Source: Candidatus Poribacteria bacterium (GTDB taxonomy: Bacteria > Poribacteria > WGA-4E > PCPOR2b). From it: DNA of 64,000 nucleotides. The translations under genes were made by a program, and so were the position numbers. Of the stretch, positions 1 to 9,506 are shown piece after piece. Under the pieces are notes generated by a model that was given only the letters and a program-made list of their open reading frames with translations, was not told the DNA's origin and did no database searches. How positions within the stretch are numbered: the first letter of the stretch is position 1; each line of letters opens with the position of its first letter. Location of the stretch: assembly GCA_965198175.1 (NCBI GenBank), contig OZ240245.1, positions 1,152,001-1,216,000 of the forward strand, read 5' to 3'.

Positions 1-153
1 TGGGGGCGACTGAAAATAACCGCGCTCGACAAGCGGTTGCATCCAGAGGGGGTTGGTCAGTCTAGAGAAAAAATTCCGGCGACCGGTTCCCTTTTCCACT
101 AAACTTAGGGTTCTATCTATCATTTCACTCGTTGGTTTTTTCCAAGATTTCAT
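1..153 (-). CDS. N-terminus of an uncharacterised protein running off the window edge (MKSWKKPTSEMIDRTLSLVEKGTGRRNFFSRLTNPLWMQPLVERGYFQSPP...)
   Basis: Read by hand; not in the ORF track. ATG at 153 has GAGGA 6 nt upstream, the frame is open to position 1, and it overlaps the end of the upstream ORF by 29 bp. Confidence 0.65.
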   Translation of the reverse strand, partial: MKSWKKPTSEMIDRTLSLVEKGTGRRNFFSRLTNPLWMQPLVERGYFQSPP

Positions 154-760
154 TGATAGTCCTCATTCGTCCAATTTCACTGGTTGCAGCGACGTATAGT
201 AATTTATCAAGTGTCCGAAAATGCCTTACTACTTCAAATGATGCTTCGATCTCAAACTCGTTCTCGCGAAGATGAGTATGCTTAAGAAACCATTCTCTTG
301 CAGCCGTCCAATCCTGGAAAAAATTGCGCGGTATCTTCTCGCGGATGTCGTAGCCCAAAAAGATGGTAAAGAAATGGTTAGTGGCTTCTGCGGCTTTGAG
401 ACGACCCTCTCGGTGTTTGTCAATTAGGTTTTTTACCATTTCACAAATTTTAAAAGGGATTAAATGTCCGTCTTCAGGGTCAGCTATTTCCTTTAACCCG
501 GCTGCCCCCCAATCATCTTTCCATTCGTTTTCTAGCTTTTTCACAAGATCTTCATATGGAACCCGCCCTGGCTTGATGACTAGGACGGTCCGGGCAAGTC
601 CGTTCATCAAATCCCTACCTGCGTGAGATACAAACATAATGTAGCCGGCCGACTTCCTGCATAGCAAATCACATGCACCTTTGTATACTTCAGCGTAGAC
701 CGGTAGTTGGAGTACATCGTTTAGCCAGTTAAAAACAGTCTGCTGTTCTGTTGAAAGCAT
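125..760 (-). CDS. Hypothetical all-helical protein, possibly a divergent HEPN-like domain
   Basis: ORF 125..787, with the likelier ATG at 760 (MLSTEQQ). Contains SHAGRDLMN and WFLKHTHLR segments. Co-directional with and just downstream of mod. Confidence 0.6.
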   Translation of the reverse strand: MLSTEQQTVFNWLNDVLQLPVYAEVYKGACDLLCRKSAGYIMFVSHAGRDLMNGLARTVLVIKPGRVPYEDLVKKLENEWKDDWGAAGLKEIADPEDGHLIPFKICEMVKNLIDKHREGRLKAAEATNHFFTIFLGYDIREKIPRNFFQDWTAAREWFLKHTHLRENEFEIEASFEVVRHFRTLDKLLYVAATSEIGRMRTINEILEKTNE

Positions 761-832
761 TATGACTTTACTACTTCTATTATTCAAGGTTGAAAATTAT
801 TTCAGGGGTTGCGGGGATCGTTGTGAGATTAT

Positions 833-2071
833 TTATCCGTCATAAAAGACCCGATTCAATGCCTTTTCTTCCTCACTGACACCAAAATCCTCGTCGTCAA
901 TTTCCGAAAGGTTGACATATAATTGGTTCTTGTCCAGCAGTTCAGCTAGTAGTTTCTTCTGCTTTTCCAGTCCATTTTCGCCCTTGCCTATTTCGATGAA
1001 TTCCTCCACCGCATCTTCCGGGACTTTTTCGTTCGCGTACCAGTTCAGGAACGAGTTTTCGGCGATGTCTCGCCAGAGTGACACAAGCTCTTCGGATGAT
1101 TGTGCGGCTTGTATTTTTTCCATAAAGGCTTGGTTGTATGGCATCAGTTCGCAGTAGATGAAGTCACCACCGCCCCGCCAGATGACGGATGCTGAGATGC
1201 CACCGGTGTCGTATTCGATTTCCTTGAGTAGCTTGCCTTCGCGCATGACTCTCGTGCCGACAACTTTTTTCAACCTTGGAATTAGTGCGTTTATTCCTTC
1301 TTCCAATTGCTCTATCCCTATGAATGTCCTATCCAACTTTAAGCTTGATGCCGCAGTCGTGCCACTACCAAGAAAGAAATCAAGGACTAAATCGCCTGGT
1401 TCCGTTGCTGCTTCAATAATCATCTTTAGCAATCCTTCTGGCTTAGAAGTATCGTATTGAGTTTCCTTTGAGTTTTTCACCAACTCCCTTCCCCAAACAT
1501 CGCCTATAGCTACATACTTTGCATCAGGTGCGGTTAAAAGTTCTATGACTTTCTCTTTGTCGAGATCTACCCTGTCAGAAACGTACGTTTTTAATCCAGA
1601 TCGTGCTCTTAATTCCCATTCAGCAGGCGTCCGTCCCATTCGACCCCTTGTATAAAACCAGCCTTTCGAATCTTTCTCAATTTGGCTAATAGTGGATTTC
1701 TTGTATGGTCCTAACGGTGGGTTCCAGAATCTTGATAACTTATCCTTTGCATAAACAAAAATGTTCTGATATTCAGTCGGCATTGGAGAGCTTTTTGAGT
1801 GAGATCTTGAGCTACCTCCTTCTCTTCCCTTGTGCCAAATGATTTCATTTACAAAATTTGCCCTTCCAAAAATTTCATCTAGAGCAATTTTCATGTAATG
1901 GGATTCGTTGTTGTCAATATGCACAAAAATATTGCCATCATTACATAAAAGATCGTATGCTACGAGAAGGCGGCTCCGCATAAAAGTTAACCACGCGGAA
2001 TGTGTAAAACTATCGTTGTAAGTAAAACTGTCCCGTTCGGTGTTAAATGGCGGGTCAATGTAAATAGACAT
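833..2071 (-). pseudogene. mod: Type III RM modification subunit (Mod), C-terminal part after the IS insertion
   Basis: Motif IV IYIDPPFN, then TRD, then motif I DLVLDFFLGSGTT and FIGIEQ (beta-class amino-MTase order). The ATG at 2071 lies inside the IS terminal repeat. Confidence 0.9.
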
Positions 2072-3063
2072 CTTTCCAAAATAGATTTATCAGGTTCTAT
2101 AGTTACAGTAATCTTGTAGATGATAATAACTATACTGGTTGCCAACATGGGGAGGCGTGTCTCAGGTTAACAATTGCGGCAATCACATTCCATGTTTTTC
2201 CATAGTTGCGATGTTTGCCTCGATAGATGTCTTTGGTGATGCGAAAAATCTTACACCGTCTGACGATATGCTCAATGGCAATCCTGCGTGTTGCCAACTG
2301 TCGGTTGAATTGCTTCGCCTCCTGAGTCAACGGCTTGCTCCGACAATTCTTGATGGGCGTCGAACTGTTGGCATACCGTTTGGCTATGCCCTGATAACCA
2401 CTGTCAGCCAACTTCTCAGTTTCGGGGGAAATTGCCAGACGGCTTTCCTCTAGAATTCTGTAATCGTGAACGCTGCCTTTGCGGCAGATAACCGACACTA
2501 GTTCTAACATCGCCAAACACGCAATCAATTGAACTTTTATGGTGTGCCGTTTTTTTTACCGCTGTAGTAGACACGTTGTCCTTTTGTTGGACGTTCAATG
2601 GGTTGCTCGGTAGCATCAATGACGATTGTTTGGAGATTGCCCGCTAACAAGTGCTTTCGATTCTTCATCGAAAACACGTTAACCAACACATCAAGTATCT
2701 GATGATAGATTTTATTTGCATAAGACTCACTGATACCGAACTCCGAGCCTAACCTGGCAAAGGTTGGATAGTGACGCAGATAGGTGAATGTCAATAGAAG
2801 GCGATTGGCTAATGGCAACCCCGATTTCTTTCCTCGTTTCTTCATCGGCTGTTCATCTCGAATCCTTTCGAGATGAGCAGCCACACGCTCCAAAATGACA
2901 TTGAAAGTTGCCTTGTCAACACCAACGGCTCTCAGAAATTGCTCATCTGATAACGCTACTGATTTTTCAAATTGACTCATGGTTATCCTTTCTACAATAG
3001 AAGATGTTTGAAAGGAATAACGTAAAATCATAACAAACGGATACTTATTTTGGAAAGATGTCT
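2066..3063 (-). mobile_element. IS5-family (ISL2/IS702-like group) insertion sequence, 998 bp
   Basis: Perfect 18-bp terminal inverted repeats AGACATCTTTCCAAAATA (2066-2083 and 3046-3063), a 3-bp target duplication AAT (2063-2065 and 3064-3066), and an internal transposase. Confidence 0.93.
2130..2980 (-). CDS. IS5/ISL2-group DDE transposase encoded as two ORFs joined by a -1 frameshift
   Basis: orfA (ATG 2980, RBS AAAGGA) has an HTH and IDATEQPIERP...YYSGKK. orfB has LADSGYQG and RIAIEH. A -1 slip at the A8 run (2550-2557) gives YSGKKKRHTIKVQLIA. Confidence 0.88.
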
Positions 3064-3678
3064 AATGAGTTTGACCCGTCCGCGAAACTGAGTTTTGAGG
3101 GTGTGCAACGCCAGTAGGTTATTTCCCTTGATGAGCAGGTTTTCCCGAATTACGCTGTTGTCGTCCCGTTTAATCTCTGTCGCCTTCTTCTCGCCGTCAA
3201 CCGTATAGCGTTTCCAACCGGTCAATACCTTCGGGTCAAAGAGGCGGTCAATCTCGTCCTGCGCCAGCACTTCATTGAAGAATATCTCTTTGCGTTTTTC
3301 CTCCTCCTTCGTCTGTCCGCCCTCCAGTACACAATCCTTGTAGGGCCAGACCAGAGACACCTCACCCCGCTCCCGGAGAAATTTATCCTCAATATTCAAG
3401 CCGATTTTGTTGCGGAAACGGGTGTAGGAGTTTGCGAGGAAGTTTTTGTCGGAGATGTAGTCGATGAAGGTGTTGGTGTTGAATATATAGTGTCCGTCTA
3501 TTTCTTCAAAGAATTTGGCTTTTATCTCTGGCGCGCGGAGTAGCAATCTCACGAGGTCGTGGTCAAGCTGCCTAGCGTAGCCGTGGATGAGGGTGGTGAT
3601 GAGTTCGCCGTGTTCGTCCAGAAGCCGCTCGTCGGTTTTGAGGACGTCAATTAGTTTTTGGTGGAAGTTTTTTGGCAT
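3028..3678 (-). pseudogene. mod: Type III RM Mod subunit, N-terminal part truncated by the IS (native sequence 3064-3678)
   Basis: WPYKDCVLEGGQTKEE...KEIFFNEVLAQDEIDRLFDPK and ENLLIKGNNLLALHTLK...GRVKLI are typical type III Mod N-terminal blocks. Joins YIDPPF in frame once the IS and one TSD copy are removed. Confidence 0.9.
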
Positions 3679-3778
3679 GTCAGACTTTCTAAAACTCCTT
3701 CAACTTGGATGATTGGTCTATATTGCCGTTAAATACTGGTTTGGTCATTAAGCGATTGGCGCATGGGTCCCCCGTACA

Positions 3779-4381
3779 TCATATGACAACTGAATGAATA
3801 GCTTCGCATAGGTTATGAAGAAAATCTACTGCATAAACCGAATCGGTTGAAGATATTGGCCAACGGCTGCCAGGATAACTCGGGTCTACATCCGCCTCAT
3901 GAACAATTTTGTGGCGACGATCAACGATAAGTTGTAGCTGTGTTTTTGCATCTTCGACGGTCATGCCTAGTTGTGAAGCAACGGAGGACCACAGCTCGCA
4001 TGAGGAGAAAAGCCTCACCGCGTCTGCAATTCTGTCTGGGTTTTGGAAGGACATATATCCATGTTTTTCGCGGATTTCCGTCTCAAGCCACGTATTCATC
4101 CTCGGGTCACGTAAACCTAAGCGTACATTTTCCATTTTGACTTGAAAGCGTTGGAAAGCAGGGGTCAGCGGGCGTTGTCCGTCGTGCACTTCAAGCATTC
4201 CAACCCTTGCAATCTCATGAATGTAATGATCAAGCGCACTTACAGCCATGACGATTTGTGTGCGTAACAAATCACTGGCGTCCACGGCAGGGGTTGTCAA
4301 AAGACCGAGTGCTTCGTACAAACCCCCGATGGCTCGCACACGTTCAATGTTTTCACGAAGTTGTTGTATCGCACTTTGCAT
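3779..4381 (-). CDS. HEPN-domain protein (RiboL-PSP-HEPN/MAE_28990-like), predicted RNase
   Basis: N-terminal DLLRTQIVMAVSALDHYIHE helix and C-terminal R-x4-H motif (RHKIVH, then EAD). Confidence 0.8.
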   Translation of the reverse strand: MQSAIQQLRENIERVRAIGGLYEALGLLTTPAVDASDLLRTQIVMAVSALDHYIHEIARVGMLEVHDGQRPLTPAFQRFQVKMENVRLGLRDPRMNTWLETEIREKHGYMSFQNPDRIADAVRLFSSCELWSSVASQLGMTVEDAKTQLQLIVDRRHKIVHEADVDPSYPGSRWPISSTDSVYAVDFLHNLCEAIHSVVI

Positions 4382-4518
4382 GATTGATTCGCTTCCCCAT
4401 CCAACCTATGCCCCCGCCGCATGAATTCAAAACCGACAATCAGAAACCTTTTACGACTACCGATGTTTAACTATTTAACAAATTAACGGAATCTCGTGGA
4501 CTGCACGGATTATAGTTT

Positions 4519-4656
4519 ATACCATTTCGTTTGAATAACAGTGCATATGACGTTTCAGTTATATCATTCTCTTTGTCCGTAGGCGGGGCATCTTGCCCCG
4601 CATTGGTGAGATTTGATTAACGCGAATAATGCACTGCAAATATAGAGAAATGGTAT
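4519..4656. mobile_element. MITE-like element of about 138 bp
   Basis: Imperfect 28-bp terminal inverted repeats ATACCATTTC-N10-CAGTGCAT (4519-4546 and 4629-4656), TA-rich flanks, no ORF. Confidence 0.55.
4579..4601 (+). repeat. REP-like palindrome GTAG-GCGGGGCA-TCT-TGCCCCGC
   Basis: GTAG tetranucleotide followed by a perfect 8-bp GC-rich stem, the layout of GTAG-family REPs. Confidence 0.6.
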
Positions 4657-4760
4657 TATAAGTTGTTTCACGGTCCTCATTCCGCTTTCGTTACCCAATA
4701 CTTGTAGAGCAATAACTATAAGCACACATGCCGAATTACTAGATTGTGTGTCGGTTTTTT

Positions 4761-5804
4761 CTACAAAACAAGAGTCATTAGTCGGTCTGCACCGACGGAG
4801 TATAATTCCCGAAACTGTTGCATGGATTTCTTGGTTCTTTCTAACACCACCCCTGTTTGTTCCAATTCCTCGTCCGTCAAACCGAACACCGGTGCTTTGT
4901 GTTTTTGGGACAATGCAATGAGGCTATTGAAGTCTGACATTTGGATGAGTGGTTCTCCCGTTTGAAGATCAACTTTTTCATAAGCCCCTTCTGGCAGCAA
5001 CATATCATTTTCTTTTAGAACAGGGATTAGTTTTGTTTTGACTCCGCCCTCAATTTCCTTAATCCATTTCTGAAATGCAGCGGAAGGAATATTCCCTTCG
5101 CGCAATCGGTATTTCTGGATTATTGTACCGAGGAATTTAGGAGTTTTGTCAGGGAAGGGGTAGGTCGCATTTTTTAGAATTGGAAGCGATCTCGCTTGTT
5201 TAGCCCAAGAGGACCATTTGGGTAAAATCGAAGCAAGACTGTTTGTTGCCATCACCGAGAAATAATCTGGAGTCATAGGAACAATAAAATAATCACTCGT
5301 CATCATCAAATTTTGGTTAATTGGTCCCAGACTTGGGCTCATATCTACAAGAATGAAATCAGCGTCGTATTTTTGAGCAGTTAAAGAAAACAGGTGGTGC
5401 ACAGAACCTGGCAAATTCTGAAGAGTTAGAAGCGATCCTGAAAGTTCTTGAGCAATACCCAACGTAACTTCGTATTCTGCGAGACCAATGTGGCCTGGCA
5501 GCAGATACATATTCGGCTGACCATCAATCGACTCACAGACCACTGATTCGATAGGCACTGGACGAGATTCAAAAGCGGGGGCGAGACCGTCCCGAATGTT
5601 TCTTACCATGTTGGACTCATAAATTGGTTTGAAATCCTCAAATCCTTTAAATCCAAGGGCCATTCCTGTGAGATTACACTGCGGGTCACAATCGGCGATG
5701 ATAACCTTCATGCCTTTATTTGCCAACATCCAGCCGAGGTTGAAAGTGGTGGTTGTTTTGCTAACACCACCCTTATGATTGAAAAGTGAAATTTGCTTTA
5801 CCAT
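4761..5804 (-). CDS. ParA/Soj-like (SIMIBI) ATPase, 347 aa
   Basis: Deviant Walker A FNHKGGVSKTTT, DCDPQCNLT, Walker B ILVDMSPSLG; RBS AGGAGG. Confidence 0.88.
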   Translation of the reverse strand: MVKQISLFNHKGGVSKTTTTFNLGWMLANKGMKVIIADCDPQCNLTGMALGFKGFEDFKPIYESNMVRNIRDGLAPAFESRPVPIESVVCESIDGQPNMYLLPGHIGLAEYEVTLGIAQELSGSLLTLQNLPGSVHHLFSLTAQKYDADFILVDMSPSLGPINQNLMMTSDYFIVPMTPDYFSVMATNSLASILPKWSSWAKQARSLPILKNATYPFPDKTPKFLGTIIQKYRLREGNIPSAAFQKWIKEIEGGVKTKLIPVLKENDMLLPEGAYEKVDLQTGEPLIQMSDFNSLIALSQKHKAPVFGLTDEELEQTGVVLERTKKSMQQFRELYSVGADRLMTLVL

Positions 5805-6175
5805 CGGACGCCTCCTTTCATAGTTAAGCGTATCATTGACAGCTAAGATTGACTTTGAACTTGTATACGATATTGATTTTAAGCACGACGAGGCTTTAGA
5901 AGGATATATCAGATTACATTGTGGAGTTTCTGTCGTCGTGGAGGAATCTACCTCTCAAACCCTTTCGCAAGGGGGAGAATTTTTGGGCATCCGTCTCGAA
6001 AGTGAACGTAACTTCAGGATGACGCCCTACTAGGTGAAATATTCATAGACGCACTTTCAACCCAACCCGCAGGACTGTTCAGAATGTTGCGAAGCGTTTT
6101 CTACCCCGCGGCGGAGACTCCCTTTTGTTCAGCCGTCTCCAGCGGAGGATTTTTGGACCTACGGATGTCCGTGTT

Positions 6176-8752
6176 TCATAAAGCGGATTCAAGACTTTCC
6201 CTGAACTCCCTTTCATCCTCGTTGTTATAGAACGGCACGCCTACAAGTCTGTATGATTGTGCTCCGCTACGGGGATTAAACTCCAGTGTTTCGCTGGCGA
6301 ATTTTTCCTTAATCTGTTTTAAGAAGTCCGCTTTCCATCGGTCGTGATCCTGCAGATGTTTCCCTTTCGGTTCAATGAATATTTGATAGGTGAGGGTGGT
6401 TCCGTTCTTCTTGCAAAGGTACAGTACGAAATCTGGCTCAAACGCCTGTCCATCATCAAAGTTGTAGATTTTGAAATGCCTTTCGTTACGGATTAGATAG
6501 ATACCGTCGTATTTACCCTTTAGCCGACTCATTTGGGCGTCGAGCATTCGGACAAACGCCTTTTCCTCGCTGGTGCCGTAGTTGGCGTTGAACACATACC
6601 ACTCCCTATCGGAGACCAAACCCTCGTCGCCATCTGCCCTTTCGCTGCCTTCAACCAATCGGAGGGTTTTGTCCGTGAATATTGAACGGATACCTTTCGG
6701 CAAAAACGACTCCGTGCCCCTGTATTCCGTTATGTTTTGACGCAAATCTGATGCAATTCGGTTAAGGAGTCCCGTCACCCCGTCAAGGTGGGCGCGGTTG
6801 GACAAAGGCATTAGCTCAGAAGCATCACCTTGGAAAGTGATTGACAGACCGCCGAGGTACTCATCCGATTCGATGAACTCGCGGACGGATTTTATGTGCG
6901 GGAAATAGGTTTTTAAGGAGTTGAAGGTAAAGAAGGGATTCCGTGCAATAGCACTCTTGACGATATGATGCGGTATCTTTTTCACGGGCACATCTATGCG
7001 TTTTGCTTCCGCGAGTGGTTGAACTTCAACCTCGTCCGTCATAATCGCCTCAGAGACTCCTTTGCCGGTTGGCATTGAATACTCGTATCTCTGCGACGAC
7101 ACGCCGATGTCAGCGAATGATTGGACGTGTTCATATTTGTTCACTACCCGTCCATTCATGTAAACTAACCCATGTTGGTAAAAATCCGATTTCTTAAAGG
7201 AAGATTTCAGTTCAAGCGGCTTGTCAACTGCCCTTTCGTCGAGGATTCCTTCATTGATTAGTGCGGCGCGAATCTCAGAGATATATCTGGGCTCGTTCTT
7301 GCTGTGATAGTGCAACTCCTCCAACACCCGGAGGTCCGCCGTCAGGTTATTGTCGAATTTACGTCTGAATCGGTCGGGATTGTCGTCGGTCGCAAACGGA
7401 AAATAACGCGCCCCGCGTCCAATCAGTTGCGCTTCGGACATCGTGGTTTTTCCGATTTTGCTTTTTCCGGAATCTCGCCCTTCATAACACCGAACGATAT
7501 CGAATAGATTCAGGACATCCCAGCCTTCATTCAGTTTCTGCACGGCGAAGATGGCGCGGATGCGGTTGTCGTGGTCTTCGAGGGTGTTTACCAGAATTTG
7601 GTAGTTCTCCTTCTCATTTTTATCGTTGACTGAGAGGCAGTATTCCTCACGAAATTCCTGTTTTAGCCGCTCCGCCAACCCCAAATCGCTGATGTTGTTG
7701 TTGTCAAAGAATTGAAACGCCTGTTGTACCAGGGGAATATTCGATCTGCGGAGGTTCGCAACATGCGCCCCCGTTAGTTCATCAGCGAGTTTATGGAATT
7801 TCACTTTGTTGGTTTTTGACTGTTCAATGGTGCGCTGCGCTTTGAATAGAATCACCGGTTTGAGGTTTATCTGATGTTTTGCCGCCACTTCTCGCTTGTA
7901 CTGGTTGAGAATCAGCGCCTGAATGATGCGGTCTTTTTCATCAAATTCCGACCGAACGATATAGATGTCTTTGGAGTAGCGGTCATTCCGGAACTGCCGC
8001 AGGTCATACTTGTACAATATCTTGTTGTGGTATTTGTCGACAAGGCTGCTGTGGGCGTAATCGAGGGTGGCGGTAAATTCGAGCAGCAGATTTTCTCGGT
8101 TTTGTTGAAAGATACGCTCTACCGTTTTCTCCCAGCTCTCAAAAAATGTCTGTTTCTGTCCAGCTTTTGTGAAAGTATTAATATGGTGCGCCTCATCCGC
8201 CAGAAGCACAATCTTTTTGTCACGAAAATCTTCGTAGGTTAAGGCATTTTCTTTCTCTGAATTCAGACTGTTATGCAGGTTGTGAATAGTGGTGAAACAG
8301 ATGTTGATGTCGTTTTGGTTAACGCCTTCAAAATTGTCGACTGGCGTCACGGGGACGCGAACGGTTCCGAAATGGATGGAATCGTTGAACAGGTATTTGG
8401 AGGACAAAGGATTGAGGAAGTTTTCCTTTGTCTTTTCAATGATGTTGGTGGAGTTGACGAAGAACAGAAAGTTGCGATAGCCTTTTTCGTAGAGGTAGAG
8501 CATGAGTCCCGCCATGATGAGCGTTTTACCGCTGCCGGTCGCCATGTTGAACAGGAGATGGAGGGGCGACTCTTTGCCCGGAAAATCGTTGTCGAGACAA
8601 TGAAAGAACCGGGCAAAGGCTTCCGCCTGATAGGGGCGGAGTTCAAACACGGGGTTCAGATTGCCACTGAGATAATCGGGAATCTCTTTCTTCAATCCGC
8701 CGAGTTTTGAGAAGGAATCTAGATCTTCATACAAGAACTTTTCAGCCATCAT
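6176..8752 (-). CDS. res: Type III restriction subunit (Res): SF2 helicase plus PD-(D/E)XK nuclease
   Basis: LRPYQ, MATGSGKT, LADEAHH, LEFTAT, KLNEGWDVLNLF, QLIGRGAR, and C-terminal FEPDF...FIEPKG. Likely start is MMAEKF at 8752. Confidence 0.92.
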   Translation of the reverse strand: MMAEKFLYEDLDSFSKLGGLKKEIPDYLSGNLNPVFELRPYQAEAFARFFHCLDNDFPGKESPLHLLFNMATGSGKTLIMAGLMLYLYEKGYRNFLFFVNSTNIIEKTKENFLNPLSSKYLFNDSIHFGTVRVPVTPVDNFEGVNQNDINICFTTIHNLHNSLNSEKENALTYEDFRDKKIVLLADEAHHINTFTKAGQKQTFFESWEKTVERIFQQNRENLLLEFTATLDYAHSSLVDKYHNKILYKYDLRQFRNDRYSKDIYIVRSEFDEKDRIIQALILNQYKREVAAKHQINLKPVILFKAQRTIEQSKTNKVKFHKLADELTGAHVANLRRSNIPLVQQAFQFFDNNNISDLGLAERLKQEFREEYCLSVNDKNEKENYQILVNTLEDHDNRIRAIFAVQKLNEGWDVLNLFDIVRCYEGRDSGKSKIGKTTMSEAQLIGRGARYFPFATDDNPDRFRRKFDNNLTADLRVLEELHYHSKNEPRYISEIRAALINEGILDERAVDKPLELKSSFKKSDFYQHGLVYMNGRVVNKYEHVQSFADIGVSSQRYEYSMPTGKGVSEAIMTDEVEVQPLAEAKRIDVPVKKIPHHIVKSAIARNPFFTFNSLKTYFPHIKSVREFIESDEYLGGLSITFQGDASELMPLSNRAHLDGVTGLLNRIASDLRQNITEYRGTESFLPKGIRSIFTDKTLRLVEGSERADGDEGLVSDREWYVFNANYGTSEEKAFVRMLDAQMSRLKGKYDGIYLIRNERHFKIYNFDDGQAFEPDFVLYLCKKNGTTLTYQIFIEPKGKHLQDHDRWKADFLKQIKEKFASETLEFNPRSGAQSYRLVGVPFYNNEDEREFRESLESAL

Positions 8753-8833
8753 ACATCTCGCTTTATACGAGGGGTAACCGTGATTTTCCCACTTGGCACA
8801 GACCACCTATTTACTTCGAGTTACGACGGCAGG

Positions 8834-8862
8834 ATTATAGCAGACAGAGTGATTCGCGTCAA
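8834..8862 (-). promoter_or_regulatory. Sigma70-type promoter for the res operon
   Basis: TTGACG-17 bp-TATAAT with an extended TG, upstream of res. Confidence 0.7.
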
Positions 8863-8917
8863 TGATTTGTCATGCTGGGTGTGGATTGGGATAGGGAGGG
8901 GGTGTATTATACGCACT

Positions 8918-9452
8918 TGCAACTAAAAATTACACATATTAATCCGATTGGGAAAGGGGGTCAACCCCCCTTATCAGGCTTACTATTACCCACAAGTGCG
9001 GAAAGTCGCACGAGGCGGACATTCACAAGTGTCAACTAACCACAGTTACATACCGCTCCGCTGGAGCGGGTAAGTCGGGCATGATCAAGCGAGCGACTAG
9101 GGAGCGCGATAGTCTTCACTGGTGGTTAAAACTATCGCCTTCCCTATGCGGTCGGTTGATCTTTCGTTATCCGCTCAGTCGATCGTTCAACCCAACCTGC
9201 AAAGACTGATAAAATGAACATAGCGCTTTTTTGATTTGGAGAGAACATAGCAAAAAGCAGGGCTTTACTGACTTTCGGAGGTTTCAAAAGCGTTGGGTTA
9301 CGCTACTGCTAACAAGGTTGAACGTTAATCAACCCTCGGACCTCATTAAACCTTTGCTACGCGTTTAATCAAAACCGCTCAACCCAACCTACAAGAGCTT
9401 AAAGACTATCGCGCGCTCTGTCCGGTCGCTTGATCGCTCAACCTAACCTACA
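8918..9452. repeat. Mosaic of short dispersed repeats (REP-like CAACCCAACCTAC ends, three ACTATCGC-N17-TTGATC units, ACATACCGCTCCGCTGGAGCG)
   Basis: Sub-elements recur at 10426-10863 and 26908-27082. Confidence 0.75.
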
Positions 9453-9506
9453 AGAACTGGGTGTATGTCAACCCAAAATTTAAAAGCAGTGACCAGTGGT
9501 CGCCGG

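Noticed and set aside
125..153. Frameshift at the A6 run (136-141) fusing ORF 125..760 to the downstream ORF
   Set aside because: The downstream frame has its own ATG (153) and GAGGA RBS, so two overlapping genes is the simpler reading; a fusion is not fully excluded.
4761..5804. ParA as a plasmid or chromosome partition gene
   Set aside because: No parB, parS-like iterons or rep gene; it sits inside an RM operon among chromosomal genes.
5836..6033. 65-aa plus-strand ORF between parA and res
   Set aside because: TTG start, no RBS or motif, antisense to the operon, and it runs through hairpin-like repeat sequence.
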